64,000 nt of DNA, taken from the NCBI GenBank assembly GCA_028534125.1, contig CM052816.1, positions 47,370,001 through 47,434,000 of the forward strand. The letters are read 5' to 3'. Below, in pieces: positions 40,200 to 52,879 of this stretch; position 1 is the first letter of the stretch, and every line of letters begins with the position of its first letter. Both the position numbers and the translations under genes were made by a program. Origin of the DNA: Lama glama (taxonomy: Eukaryota). The notes under the pieces were generated by a model. The model made no database searches, was not told the origin of the DNA, and saw only the letters and a list, made by a program, of their open reading frames with translations.

Positions 40200-41760
40200 T
40201 ATTTACATAAATTCCTTGAAAAGTGAGAAAAAAAGAACTACACGAATAAAATGGCGAAGACACGTGAGGTCCAAAACAACTACTTATTTGAAGGGAGGAA
40301 AAAGACAGTCTGTGTCATTACAGTTAAACTGAGGGCGCTGGTTCATTTACTATTTTTGGTGAATTTTAATTAAGTTGTGTCTCATTTTTAGAAATGTTGT
40401 CAATCTTCATTTTCTCTGTCTCCCACGCACCAACTTAAACACACGCACGCAGATCTAAGCGCCAGCGTGTTTGGGGAGAGCACTTTCTAGAGATGCATCG
40501 GAGCACCAACTTGTCTAGTGACACATAGTGGTCCAAGCACTAAAACATCCAACCTTGAGAGAACACCCATAAGGCAAAAAAAAAAAAAAAAGCCTTCTTT
40601 TAACACATCTATTTTATAGGCACAAAAGCTCAGCTAGTAATCAGTTTTGATAACTTTAGATGTCTGTTTCCCTGATGTAATGACTAGACAGAGGCAGTAA
40701 CAATACTTCATTATGCTATTCAAAGTGTACGGCAGGATTCAGTCGGAGCCAAACTCAAAACCTGGCCCATAGCTGAAAGCAGAGACGATGCGTTAATCCA
40801 CAGCAGCACCCGCTCCCCCAGCGCTGCCCTCAGCATTCAGCCCCTCATAATGGATATCATTTTTCTTCATAAAACCAGTGGTACTTGAATCAAGTACATG
40901 ACAGTTAAGGTTTGTTGAGTCTTTCAAGCAGGTGATTACAGGATTGAACTTCCCGAGTGAGAGGCCGATGGGATACAAATAGTTAAGAACACACTTGGGG
41001 TGGGGGGGATTGTCCAGCCCCATCTGTCAAACTGTGCGTATGACATCATCAGATATTCTGCACTTGTTTGCAGCTATTCAGGCCGGCCCGCCCCGCAGTC
41101 TCCGCTTTGTGTTCCAGTTTCCTTTACAGGGCCAGCGGGCTGGAAAATTACCACATGCTGTCACAGTTAGCTCAGCCAGGTCTTGTTATCATTGTTTCCA
41201 AGGAATCCATTCATTCTGTTATTTTACATATTGGGCAGACGTCCTGCCACTGAGGCTTGGGCTGCAGTAACTTGAAGGGCCAAACGTTAATGGGCCTCTA
41301 TTGTTGGTAGAATGGCAGTGCAATACGTGGGAAAAAATACCCAGACAGCTCCCTGACACTGGTTTAGGACCTCTAGACTTAGGGGGTAGCCTGTGAAGAT
41401 CTTTTATGTAAACAAGCCTTCAATAAACAATGAATATCTCCTGTGTCAATATTCATAACCCATCAATAAAAAAATATATAAATCTTCAACTAGAAAGGAG
41501 ACCAAATGTATTATGGATGACAGAGCTTCTCCTTAATCTATAGAATGTGGGCGAGTCTCCTTCTAAACACTGCTAATTTATGGGGGGTGGGGAGTGGGGA
41601 GGGCAGCATTGTTGGGGCTTTGCGGAGAGAAAGGCATTTGATTTGGGGCTGGCGGTATTCTCACTGCAATAGATAATACAGTGTGTAAGTTTTGCGGCTT
41701 TCGCCGCTACCAGATAGAAATAAAGACAAGGGCCCGGGTGACACATTACATCTTCACCAT
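40200..41760. promoter_or_regulatory. Candidate enhancer or non-CpG-island promoter
   Basis: No repeat recognised and CpG visibly retained. Motif cluster: TGATGTAAT, ATGACATCAT, GC box, GGAAAATTACC overlapping ACCACA, and a G4 tract. Inference only. Confidence 0.4.
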
Positions 41761-44700
41761 GCTGGCAATTTAAAGAAAGTTAGTGAACACATTAGAAAAG
41801 TTGCTTAGGATAATGTTAACTTTAGTGTGGATCATGCTGTCTTGATTAATTAGAGCACAGATAAGTATGAAGTTCTTAGCACCAAAAACATCCTAGCAAT
41901 GGAGAACTAGGAAAATACATCCTTTATGGAAGGTAGACAGTGGAGCTGTGGTTCTTGTCATTGCTTCTTTTTCAAAATGGGAAATATTTGTTTCCTGTTT
42001 CAAGATGGATCTGATCTAATGGTTGACCATATAGTGTGTTGGAAATGGATCACAAAGTGGTATGGATGTCTCCATTTTTATTACTTGCCTCAGAAACTTC
42101 TTCCACCTGATTATCTTTGCCTTGGCCAAGGGAAGACTTGATAACCAGACCTGGATACTCAAGCTGATCCCAACCTGGGACAGATATGGTAACTACTTAG
42201 GTTCCTCGGCATTGGGAAAACTCTAGTTGAAGTCTTACCGCTTTAAACCTTTTCAGGATGAGTTCAGCTGTTGTTTCAGCTAACTTGTTTTACTGGGTCT
42301 CCGTAGAGCTCCAAATGGCTCTGTAGAAGTTTACATCAAAATGATTCCTATCCCAAATCATTTCTGAGGTGTTGAAACACGGCGTTGGGCCCTTGGAGTT
42401 GGAGGAAATGAGAAAGAGATGGGAAGAATCTGGTTCTGACAAACAATCCACACCACATTTAAGATAAAATACACTGTATTTAAAAAAAAAAAAGTTACCC
42501 TAATCTGAAAGTCAGTTTTGGCATTTTGTCTTTCTTATAAAACATATTCTAAGCATATTCTGATTTCAACTAAGATGATTTTTGTGTCTGGCAGCTAATT
42601 TTAAATGGTTCTCCTTTTCAGCTGACATTAAGAGCCAATTGAGATAAATTTATTTTTCCATAAAAGTAATATATGTCAGGACTAGATTTCCTTAGCCAAG
42701 CCCTTCAAGCAATCATAATCATTTCTGTAAAGCACTGATCATGTCATCTTTGAGAAAAAAGTTTTCTCCAGTGTATAAAATGTTGCATGAAGATAAACAT
42801 TAAAATGTGACAGTCTTCATTTAAATATAATATTTTAGGAAATCTTATAGAATTTTGAAATTGGTATTTTGAAAAGAGTAAACAACATCCTTTACAATCA
42901 ATTATTTAATTCTTCCAATACTTCTTTTAGTTCTCAACTTGATTCTTAACGGCAGGTTTCTATAACATAAAAACAAGTTTAGGTAAGTTTATTTTGACTC
43001 CGAGTTACATTACAAACATTGCTTCTGATACCCCAAAGTAATATCTTTACATCCAGATTGAAAGTAAGCTTTAGGTTTAACCCCAAATTATTCAATAAAT
43101 CAGACTATGGAGTGAATCATTACCACATTTAGTAAGTGCAATAAATTAAAAGTGTCTTGGTAAGCTCTAAAAACCTGTTCCCTTAAGCAACACCTTCCAC
43201 TTTTTATCACACAGTATATAAAAAACTGCATTGTTTAGAAATCAGTAGTAACTGTGAGATGAAAGCAAATTATGAAGAGAAATATTACTAACAGCAGCAT
43301 TTTTCACAAAAAAAAACCCCAGAACTAAATCACTGCAACTACCCCTTGCATTAAAAAACAATGCCAGCAACTCAACTCTGCTTATCAATACTCATAATTG
43401 TTTAGAATGGGTAAAAAACATTCATGCAATATATTGCCTACCCAAGAGCAATATTTTCCACTTGTGAATCCAGTTCAGCAGTGATAGCCTGGCGCCCAAT
43501 TTCTCCTTCTTTGTCACCACCTGGTACCTGGTTCCTATAAAGAAAACATTTCCAAGAAATCACACCAAAGTAACTTAAACTTTTTTTTCCAGATGGGCCT
43601 TCATATCACATTAGAAACTTTTTATAATATTAACTATTTTCTTTCATCTCATATTAGAATCATATAATTTTAGAATTTGAGTTGCCTAACAAGATATGAC
43701 CGTGCAATCATTTCAGCAATTTTCATATCATATTAGCGAAAACAAATACTAATATAATAGGATGCTAACATGGAAAACCCTAATGGAACATGACAAAAGT
43801 TTTCATATTTTATTTACACATTCTTGTTGTTCTTCTCCATTTCAACATTTTCTACTTCAGTTTATGGGAAAGTAGCATGGGCTTGCATGTTTCTGAATAT
43901 CAATTAAGTGATATTGTAATGCAACAGGAATGCAAAAGTTAACTGCTATCATTTTGCTGTAGGGCCAATATACTGCTCTGGGTCATCAAGTCTTTGTCTG
44001 AATGATAATGATTTCATATGGTTTTGTTATTTATCTCAGTTCAGTTTAGAAACGGAACTATTGACAAAAAGGAAATAAGAAACTTTGCAGTTGAGTATGG
44101 CGATGCAATGAGCTAAAGAAATACTACAATGTCTAGATAATTTACTGCCTTTCCCCTACTTCAGGTATCCAGGTGATAGAGATAAAGGTGAGCTTTTGCC
44201 TTGAATTATGTAGGCAAACTGCCTTCATCTTATACTCTGATTCTCTTTTATTACATGGAGTACATTCACCCAAAGAGTCTTTCATTAAACCCAGTTCACT
44301 GGGCATTGCAGGGTTGTTAGCAGGGCCCAGTGAAGAAACAAACTGGAAGGAAATAGTCAAATATCTCATCCTGAGAGTCTGCCAGTAGAAATAAGAGTGC
44401 TTTGTGTTGGTTGTTTTGGTCATTTGTATCAAGAAGAATTGCACTGGGATTAAATATAGCATCCTCTCAGGTGAGAAAATATCTTGTCCTAAGGGTGAAA
44501 TGCTTTGATCTCTTCAAAATTGATTTGCACACTAAAGATACCAGGAGTATACAACAGGCATAGTTAACAAAAAAGAGAATAAACTCCACAGTGTTTGACA
44601 GAAAACATGACCCTCCCATCGCCCACTCTACTTTACGGGAATATGTGGTGATCTGTGAAATCAAACAGGAAATCTTTGGCCACCTAAGTGCCTAGAACTT

Positions 44701-45199
44701 TTCTTTCCTACCATACACCACACTATCATAGAGTAGAGACATGGCTTTCATATTTAGGTAAACAGAATTTGCACAAGGTCAAAATTACCTTTGAAAACTT
44801 CTATGGGAAGACCCATGTTCGTGGGTACCTTTATTTATCCTGTCTTTAATAAATCCAGCACAATCCATTTGTCTTCTAGCCTGCTATGAATTCAGTAGAA
44901 GAGAAGATGAAGGCAGTGTCTTGTGTTCAGTGGTCAAAACTCCAAAACACTCACATCATTCCATGGTGAGATGCTTACATGATTATGCATGGCAAGTGAT
45001 AAAAAAGGTTTCATCTTTTCTGGATCACGTTTACCTCTTCGGACATATCAGGGAGAGTAACAGTGCACAGAGTTTAAATTTTTTATGTTTCTCTCTTTTC
45101 CCCTCTGCTCATTTCTTCTTCCTTCTCTTCCTTCTCTTTTTTCTGGTCTGAATGAATATAGATGACAAAGATGAAGTTAAGTAGGTCTATGACTGTCTC

Positions 45200-45360
45200 T
45201 ACTGTAATTACTTGTATAATTTTCTGTCTTCTATGATAACGTGGGCCCCACAAGCAATGGGGCTAGGTTTACCTTGCTCACTGTTGTGTTCTTGGCATCC
45301 AGGTCACTGCCTGCCTTGACACAGGCACTCAGAAAATACTTGTTTCATAATGAATGACCA
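45200..45360 (+). mobile_element. LINE-2 3' end
   Basis: tgccttgacacaggcactcagaaaatacttgtttcataatgaatga. Similar L2 tails lie at ~22260-22405, ~36640-36790, ~38400-38525 and ~58430-58545. Confidence 0.6.
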
Positions 45361-46599
45361 CTCAACCAATTCTATGCTGGTAGACTCAAGCACACTTGAC
45401 TTAAAAGCAGAAACTAAAGCTATTTCCCTTTCACATCGCCAATGCAAGCAATATAGGCTACTCTTGGAGCCATTGCTAATGGAGGTCCAGTGGGTACAGG
45501 GCAGACGTGCTTCAGCTCCAGCACTGAGAGAAGGTGGGCTGGGGAACAAATTAGCTGACTTGTTTACTGGGCAAGTTTGGAATTGTTGGAATCGTGGTGG
45601 GAAATTCCCTGGGACATAGCTTATGTCAAAGAATACTCAGTGTATTTCCACACAGTCCTAACTGTGTTCATGCACTCCAAGGTGCTACTTTATTAACCAC
45701 TCTTCCTTCCTGCCAAATATTGCTGGAGTATGGTAGGAAGGGAATTGTGGGACCAGTTCTCCAACAGGTTAACTGAGTATAGGGCCCAATTTTCCTTTTC
45801 AAACAATTTTCATGGGAATATATTTAGATAAGATGCTCTATAAGGTGAAAAGATATGCTGCTTTTTAACTATTTAGGTTAAATGACTCATCCTCAAATGT
45901 GTGCTCTCCCTCACAGGACATGACCTTGCATAGGAGACAGGACTTACACATGTTTAGAATCAGCAGAGAAATATTGCCAAATGGCCTTTTTTTTGTGATG
46001 GGCTCTAAGCCATGACCACAGAGACATTGTAGAAACGGAAAGAAAATGAGAACCCTCAGGCTCATCAATATGCAAATCTTTTAAAGAGCACATAAATGAT
46101 TTACATGTAATTACTTGGTTTCCTGGAGAAAATAATTTTCTTTTCTTTCAGTGACGGCAGGACATCTCAGGGAGCAGGTAACATGGAAGCAGGTTTAATG
46201 TTGCCCATTTTACACTCTGGGAAGAGCCGTAGTATCCTGCCCCATTTCCCCCATCTTGTCCCTGGTGTGGGATCCTGGAGCCATCTTTCACACACATCGT
46301 GACTGTGACAGCTCTGGGAAAGCCCACATCGTGCACAAGGGCTCTGTACTTCCTGAGATGACCTTGGTGAACTGCGTGGGGATAAGGGGGGTAGTGATAC
46401 AAGAAGCTGGAAAGGCTTGTGGCAGCATTTTTTCATTTTTCTGAAGCATCATGAAGAACAAATTACCTGATCAGAGCGACCATGTATAGAGGGTTGTAGC
46501 TATGTGTAGGGAGGAAGTAATACTCTCAAAAACATCAAGGGAAAGGGGGCCAGGAAAATGAGGTAATTAGGAGGCTAAATACCTATTAAGCTGTGTTTA

Positions 46600-46770
46600 T
46601 ATTTTAACTCTCTCATCTCATAGGTGTGTGACTTTGCCTTGCCCTCATTCTTAGATTCCTCATCTGTAAAATGGGGATAATGATGATATTTGCCTTTGAA
46701 GCTTGTTGAGAAGTTGAAATGAGATAATGCATCTAAAGGGCTTAGGCAGTTCCTGAATCCATTAAGTGTG
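46600..46770 (+). mobile_element. MIR (MIRb-like)
   Basis: ttcctcatctgtaaaatggggataatgatg...gttgagaagttgaaatgagataatgcatctaaagggcttag. Confidence 0.85.
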
Positions 46771-48189
46771 GTCTTTACTAAGATGCTGGAAGTCTGTTTT
46801 AGACCACTCCTCATTTTTCTCTCAGTTGGAGAAAAGGGTTTTGCATATGATAGGAACACAAAATGTCTCTATTAGTCCCAGGGGATATATTTTGGTACTT
46901 AGATAATTAAAGAAACAGAAATTTTAGAATTGTTTCTGGATTATTTTTTAAGATAATATTTCAGAAATCATACACATTTCATGTTTTCTTAATTTTCAGT
47001 TGTTTTAATTATTGTTCAAGTTTCTTTCAAGAAATTAAGATTAAAAAAAAAAAAAAGGAAAACCAACCAACCACTTAATTAAGTCAGATCTTTTCCAGAT
47101 TAAAGTAGGATATAAATGAATAAATAAAATTTTTCAAGATGAACTAGCAGATGACTTTATCTTTATGGATAATATTCTATTTGATAATTTGAAGAAAGTT
47201 AAAGGACTGTGTGTCATTTATTTTTTGTTTTCCTTAGCAATGCATTTTGGATGTTCATTCATTAAACACTGTGCCCATAGTATTACTCAGTCTTTCTTTT
47301 TTACATATATCTTTAAAGGTCTTTTTATTTTTGAAAAATTATTTTCTCTTCTGATTTTCTTGGGTTTCTTTTCTCAGAGGTGTTAATCTGATGAACACAG
47401 TCTTCCTAGTCAGATCATTTAGGGTTAAAGTAATCAGATAAATTACGTTATACTCTTTAAGTAGTTCCACATATGTCTTCTTATTTTTATCAGCGTCTTG
47501 CCAAATTAAGTGATCTTTTAAACACAGTTTGTATCTGGCAGAATTAGAGCCAGGAGTAGGACCAGATCCCTACCTCTTTCTCCACAGTTTGTTATCATCC
47601 ACCTGCGTTTCCTTAGGTAACAGAATTGCAGCAGGCATGTGCATGGCAGGAATGGTATATCCATGGCAGAGCCACTGGGGGCCAGGTCAAGCTCTTGTTT
47701 AGAAGCTGCCCATCTCTTATAGGGTGCTCTTAGGTACAGGATGACTTGAGTTGTGCCATCTCTTTGGGTTATAGCAGGGTTCTCACATTTCTATTGTGAT
47801 ATTTCTGTCTTGATATTATAAAAACTTAGATCCTATAATACTCATAGTGTATTTAAAATGTTTTATTCTCATTAAAATATTACCTTGGTAAAAATTATCT
47901 GACAAATCACAAAAGCTTCCAATTTTATTTCTTTAGAAAATCCTAAGGAGCTCACACTATTTAAGGAAATTCTTTTCTAGAATGCAAAGCAATTGCTCTT
48001 CGGGGGTTTGCTCACTTGCATAGCTGCGTTTTATTTTATTTGCATATTCATCATTCATTAAGTGTGGGACCACTGGGATAGGTTCACCTGATAATTTTAT
48101 AAAGCCTCATATGACTTGATGTTTTAATTCTGGGATTAGAAATGTTTGAATTCGTTTTAATCTGAAAAGAACTAAAAAGCCATATTTAA

Positions 48190-48883
48190 TTGTTTTATTT
48201 TTATACAATTTTTATAGTTACCTTCCATTTATAGTTCTTACAGAATATTGGCTATATTCCCTGTGTTGTACAATACATCCTTGAGCCTATACACCCAAGA
48301 GTTTATACTCCCACTCCCCCACCCCTATGCTGCCCCTTCCCCACGCCTCACTGGTAACCATTCGTTTGATCTCTATATCTTTGAATCTGCTTCTTTTTTT
48401 TGTTATATTCACTAGTTTGTTGTATTTTTTAGATTCTACTTATAAGTGATATTATATAGTATTTGTCTTTCTCTGTCTGACTTATTTCACTAAGCATAAT
48501 GCTCTCCAAGTCCATACATGTTGCTACAAATGGCAAAACCTGTTCTTTTTCATGGCTAACTAGTAGCCCATTGTGTGTGTGTGTGTGTGTGTGTGTGTAT
48601 ACACACACATATTTTTTATACAGTCATCTCTTGATAGACACTTGGGTTGTTTCCATATCTTGACAATTGTAAATAATGTTGCTATGAACATTGGGGTGCA
48701 TATCTTTTTGAATTAGTGTTTTTGTATTTTTTGGATACATACCTATGTATTTTAGATACATACCTTTGGAATTGCTGGATCATTTGGTAATTTTACTTTT
48801 AGTTTTTTGAGAAACCTTCACAGTTTTCCACAGTGACTGCACCAATTTACATTCCCACCAACAGTGACAAGTGCTCCGTTTTC
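48190..48883 (-). mobile_element. LINE-1 3' end with internal (TG)13
   Basis: tattggctatattccctgtgttgtacaatacatcc...ctgacttatttcactaagcataat...ctgcaccaatttacattcccaccaacagtg. Confidence 0.9.
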
Positions 48884-49343
48884 TATGTGACTTTAATGAG
48901 CACAAACTCTCTAAACAACTGTGATAGAGAACTCCAATGACCTGCTGGAATCCATCCACTGTCCTTGTGGCTGAGCCACAAATTGGATAGAGCTGATAAA
49001 TTTGCCACTCTTTGGACAGAAAACAACAGGCTTCTCCCCTCTGGAGGAGTTCTTAAGTTTCCTGTTTTAGGGAGCAGCACCGAGGGAGAGGTGAGCAATG
49101 TTTAGTGGAGTGGGGCGAAATCTTCATGTTTTAAGTTTGGTTCAACTTCTGACTGGGCCGTTTGCTTACTGATGGAGCATGGATTTGGGGACCGCCTCAC
49201 AATTCCTTGCAAAGCAGTGATTAAATTTTTTATTTGCTCCTTCTGGGCATGACCCATATGGGTCTATGACAATCTGATTTTTCTCTCCATTCTCTGAATA
49301 TTCAATAGGTCTGTAATTCTGGGGAGTCAGAAGATATTTTAAG

Positions 49344-49413
49344 CTGGGGATTGAAGCCAGGACCTGGTGCATGCTAAGCATGTGCTTTACCACTTGAGCT
49401 ATACCTTCCCCCC
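49344..49413 (-). mobile_element. tRNA-derived SINE head, Vic-1-type (camelid)
   Basis: Minus strand reads GGGGGGAAGGTATAGCTCAAGTGGTAAAGCACATGCTTAGCATGCACCAGGTCCTGGCTTCAATCCCCAG. The A box is TAGCTCAAGTGG, the B box is degenerate (GCTTCAATCC), and there is no closed acceptor stem. Confidence 0.8.
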
Positions 49414-52249
49414 ACATCCTTAGTTCTTAGTTATCTCCTGTAGTAGAGTGAATGGGAGTCACTTGTATTCTATCTTGTATTAACAGCCTTTGGTGGATAC
49501 CACAGGCATAGCAATTCTATTTTTCTCCAGAGAATTGATCTTCCTCTTCCCTATGATTATTATCTTTAAAAAATTTTCTTACCTAATTTTCTTGAAAATA
49601 ACACAAATTGTTAAGGCAGTGAGTGAATCTGGAATTTATAAATTTTAACCCTGTTTTACAAACTTATACAGAAAGTGACAAGTCTGTGTTTGGGAAAGAA
49701 ATGTCAATAGATACATGCATTTTTCCTGTTTAATCTCTTGAATGGTTCCTACTTCTGTGTTGTTGTTTCTGACTTAGAGGGTCTGTTGATTCTCATCTGT
49801 GCCCTCCGGAGTGTTACTCTCCATTTAAACCTTTCACAGTGCTCCTGTTGTAGTCCTTGAAGATAGAGCTCTCTTAGTAATTTGTGTGTCTGTGTTCATG
49901 TGTGTCTATTTGAGCCTTTTTTCTGAACATTTGAACTGTTTTTGCCATTGATTAAAACCCTGTATTGTCTTCTGATGAACTGTTGGATTTTCCTCTTAAT
50001 TCAATATGAGATATTTTTCAGAATCAAGTTCCGGATAAGTTTGTCCTCTTGGCACAAATTCCCAACATAGAATGTATCATAAGAATTTTACTTCTGATGT
50101 TGGGGAAAATTCCTCTGCAGGGTATCAGACTGGGATACATTCTACCTGGGTTTGATTTTTGGTTTGTTTGTTTGCTGTTTATTATTTTGATTATTTCTCG
50201 TGTACGCATTAAAACAACACTGTCGAGAATTTACGTATATGTATGTTTATACATGTTTAAATGTACATTTTAAAGATAATTTTAACTGCTGATATTTCCA
50301 TGTTTGAGTAAGTATAACAGGAACTAGCCAGTGTCCCATATGAAGATAGTGTAAGTGACAGGTACTCTAGACTTTATCTGCGGGCAGGGGCCTGGAGGAG
50401 CTAACAGAACAACTGAAAATTGCCACTGCCAGAACCTCAACAGACAGAAGATGCTGCACTCCAAAATCTAAGCATGACTATTTCCAATGAATAACCCAGA
50501 CCCCTCATTTCGTCCACATGTACATGGTATTAAATAGCTACTTTCCCTTGAAGGATGACTCTAAGGAGATCTAAAACTTCAGGGGTGCAAACAACATGTG
50601 AGAACATTTTAAAAAGCACCCAGGATGTTCTTTTCATGCTGCAGCATTTTATTAAGGAACGTTTAGATGAGAAATTTGAAAAGTCAAAAAAAAAAAAAAC
50701 TCAAAGCCTTTAAAGAATCCATCCAAGTTCTCCTGATAACCTTGGCAAGCAGGAAAGGGGGCTGAAAGTTGCAATTGGATCGACAGAGAGATGTGCCCCG
50801 TCAGTTGAAGGCAAGGAAGGTACTTACCCTTTAATTTTGAGTCTTGAGGTATGTTCTTGTAATGTTCTCTGAAAACAGAGCTCTGGTGATGGTAGCAAGG
50901 GCTCCCAAATCTACAGCCTTTTAGGTCACTGTGGTCCCTCATTCATCTCCCCTACAAGGTGCTAACTCCCCAGTGCAGGAGTAGGATGTAATGACCTTAT
51001 GTTATAGGTGGATTCTTTCTGCCGAGCGAACAGTTTGAATTCTTCTTGATCCCTGTTCCAGCTTTTGATGTTGGGGATCACGAGGCTCAACCGGGTTGCC
51101 TGGAATGCATTGCAGACCTTAGAAGTACAGTCCTGCCTCAGATTTTTCCGTTTTGCTTCTTTCTGAGGAAATCATTAGGAACTGTTTCCATGCAGCTCCC
51201 AGCTCTCTGGGAAAAAATGTTGTTTGCTTTGGGCTTTCTGTATTAGCTTCCGTGTCTTTTCATTTTTGTGACTTTTTTCTTCTGGCATTTTCCCCATGAA
51301 CTGCAAACATTTCTGTATCATGTTGTCATGATTTTACTCAGAGGGTATTTGTTCATTGTTAATTAGGAAGGCATTTTATGGAGATATACCAACTTCTCTG
51401 ACAGATGGGAGAAACACATAGCTTTGGTAGGGGTAATTTTCAGCACTTATTTGTAAATTCTATCAAAGTTGAGGATGCAGCCACAACTTCTCAGGAAAAA
51501 ATTTGGGAAAAAATGTTTTACTAATCAACTATTGCTTAATATAGCAGAAATGAGACTTCAAAAAGCTATGGAGTACCTCTAAAGGGAGAAAATTCTTTGA
51601 ACAAGTGGATTATTTGGTTCTAGTCTATTTTCCTGTTCAAATTTGAAAGAGAAAATTGTGAATTTAAAAAATAGATGTACAGAATATCAACCTATTTGCC
51701 AAGGCCAGTCCAAGGCAAAGCTATGAATTAAGGTTTTTTTTTTTTTTTTAATTTGAAACATCTCTATCTCTCGTTGAGTGCTTTCTTTGTGGCATTGTGT
51801 TCCTCCTCCAAGCGTCTTCTAAGCAAACTCATTCCATGGTTTTACTTTCTAAGTTTGTCTCTCTTCCCTTCAAAACTTACTGTGTGTATATCCCTTTGCC
51901 TCTCAGCCAAAAAAAAAAAAAAAGATAATGTTTTATCTACAATAATGGTTTAGTGTACTAACTCTATCAAAAATTGTAAACTTTAAGGGGGACCTTTGGA
52001 GATAATTATTCTTATGGTTAATTCGGAGAAGTTAAAATATGATGGTGGAATTAGAAGTACCAAGAAATATATATTTTGGTACAGACAATTTTCACAAGCG
52101 TCCTTTAAATTGTATCTTCTTACTTTTGTACACTATCTATCTTGCTCGCGTTAAACACACTGAATTCATGTAACAGAAATGGTTCACTTGTTATTTGAAA
52201 ATGGAAATCATTAATTATTAGAGTGGTTTCAATTTCCAAAGTAATTTCA

Positions 52250-52430
52250 TATGCATTTTCTCATGTGATTATCTCAATCACTGTATGAGGGAGAGCACGT
52301 AGTTTCACCTTTTCACAAATGAGAGAATTGAGCCTCAGAGAGGTTAATAAATTTGCTCAAGGTGGCCAACCAGTGTGTGATAAAAATAGAAGAGAAGCCA
52401 AGTCTCTGGACTCCTGGCCTGGTAATTGTT
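52250..52430 (-). mobile_element. MIR fragment
   Basis: tttcacaaatgagagaattgagcctcagagaggttaataaatttgctcaaggt. Confidence 0.75.
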
Positions 52431-52484
52431 CCATCATTGTTAGTTAAGAGAGACAAGTGATTGAAATTCATCTAATATCCTTCC

Positions 52485-52800
52485 TTTTTTTCAGGACATA
52501 TATATTAAGTGCCTGTGATATGTTTTGATCCATAGGAGAGGCAGAGAGGCACAGATCTGACCTTGCTCAGGAGGAGATCCCTGTCTAGTTGGGAAGGTTA
52601 AAACATCTAAACAGATCACTGTAATACAATGTAGGAAGTATAAAGTGCTACCATGGAGGAAGACAAAATGCTGAGTGAATCTAGAGAATTCTTCAGGGAA
52701 CATTTTTGTCTCCATGCTGGAGTGTGCGCTTGAGCCTGGCTTTTTAGGATGTCTCAGAAATGGACACATAGAAGTGAAAGAGGAAGAGAGAGAACACAGA
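52485..52800 (-). mobile_element. LINE-2 3' fragment
   Basis: tattaagtgcctg...tgaccttgctcaggag...gtctagttgggaag...aaacagatcactgtaatacaatg. Confidence 0.65.
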
Positions 52801-52879
52801 AGTAGAGGGAAGACTGAGAGTAGAGAAGGAAAGGGCAAATGATACTGAACTTGTCTGCATTTTGTTTGCTTTCTATTAA

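Noticed and set aside
47073..47084. 12-bp palindromes (ACTTAATTAAGT; also GCAATATATTGC at 43426-43437)
   Set aside because: Many are expected by chance in 64 kb of AT-rich DNA.
49344..49413. Functional tRNA gene
   Set aside because: Degenerate B box and no closed acceptor stem; matches a SINE head.
50828..50868. 41-nt minus-strand exon candidate (ttttcag ... GG/GTAAGT)
   Set aside because: Short pyrimidine tract with a nearby upstream AG, no recognisable peptide and no partner exons.
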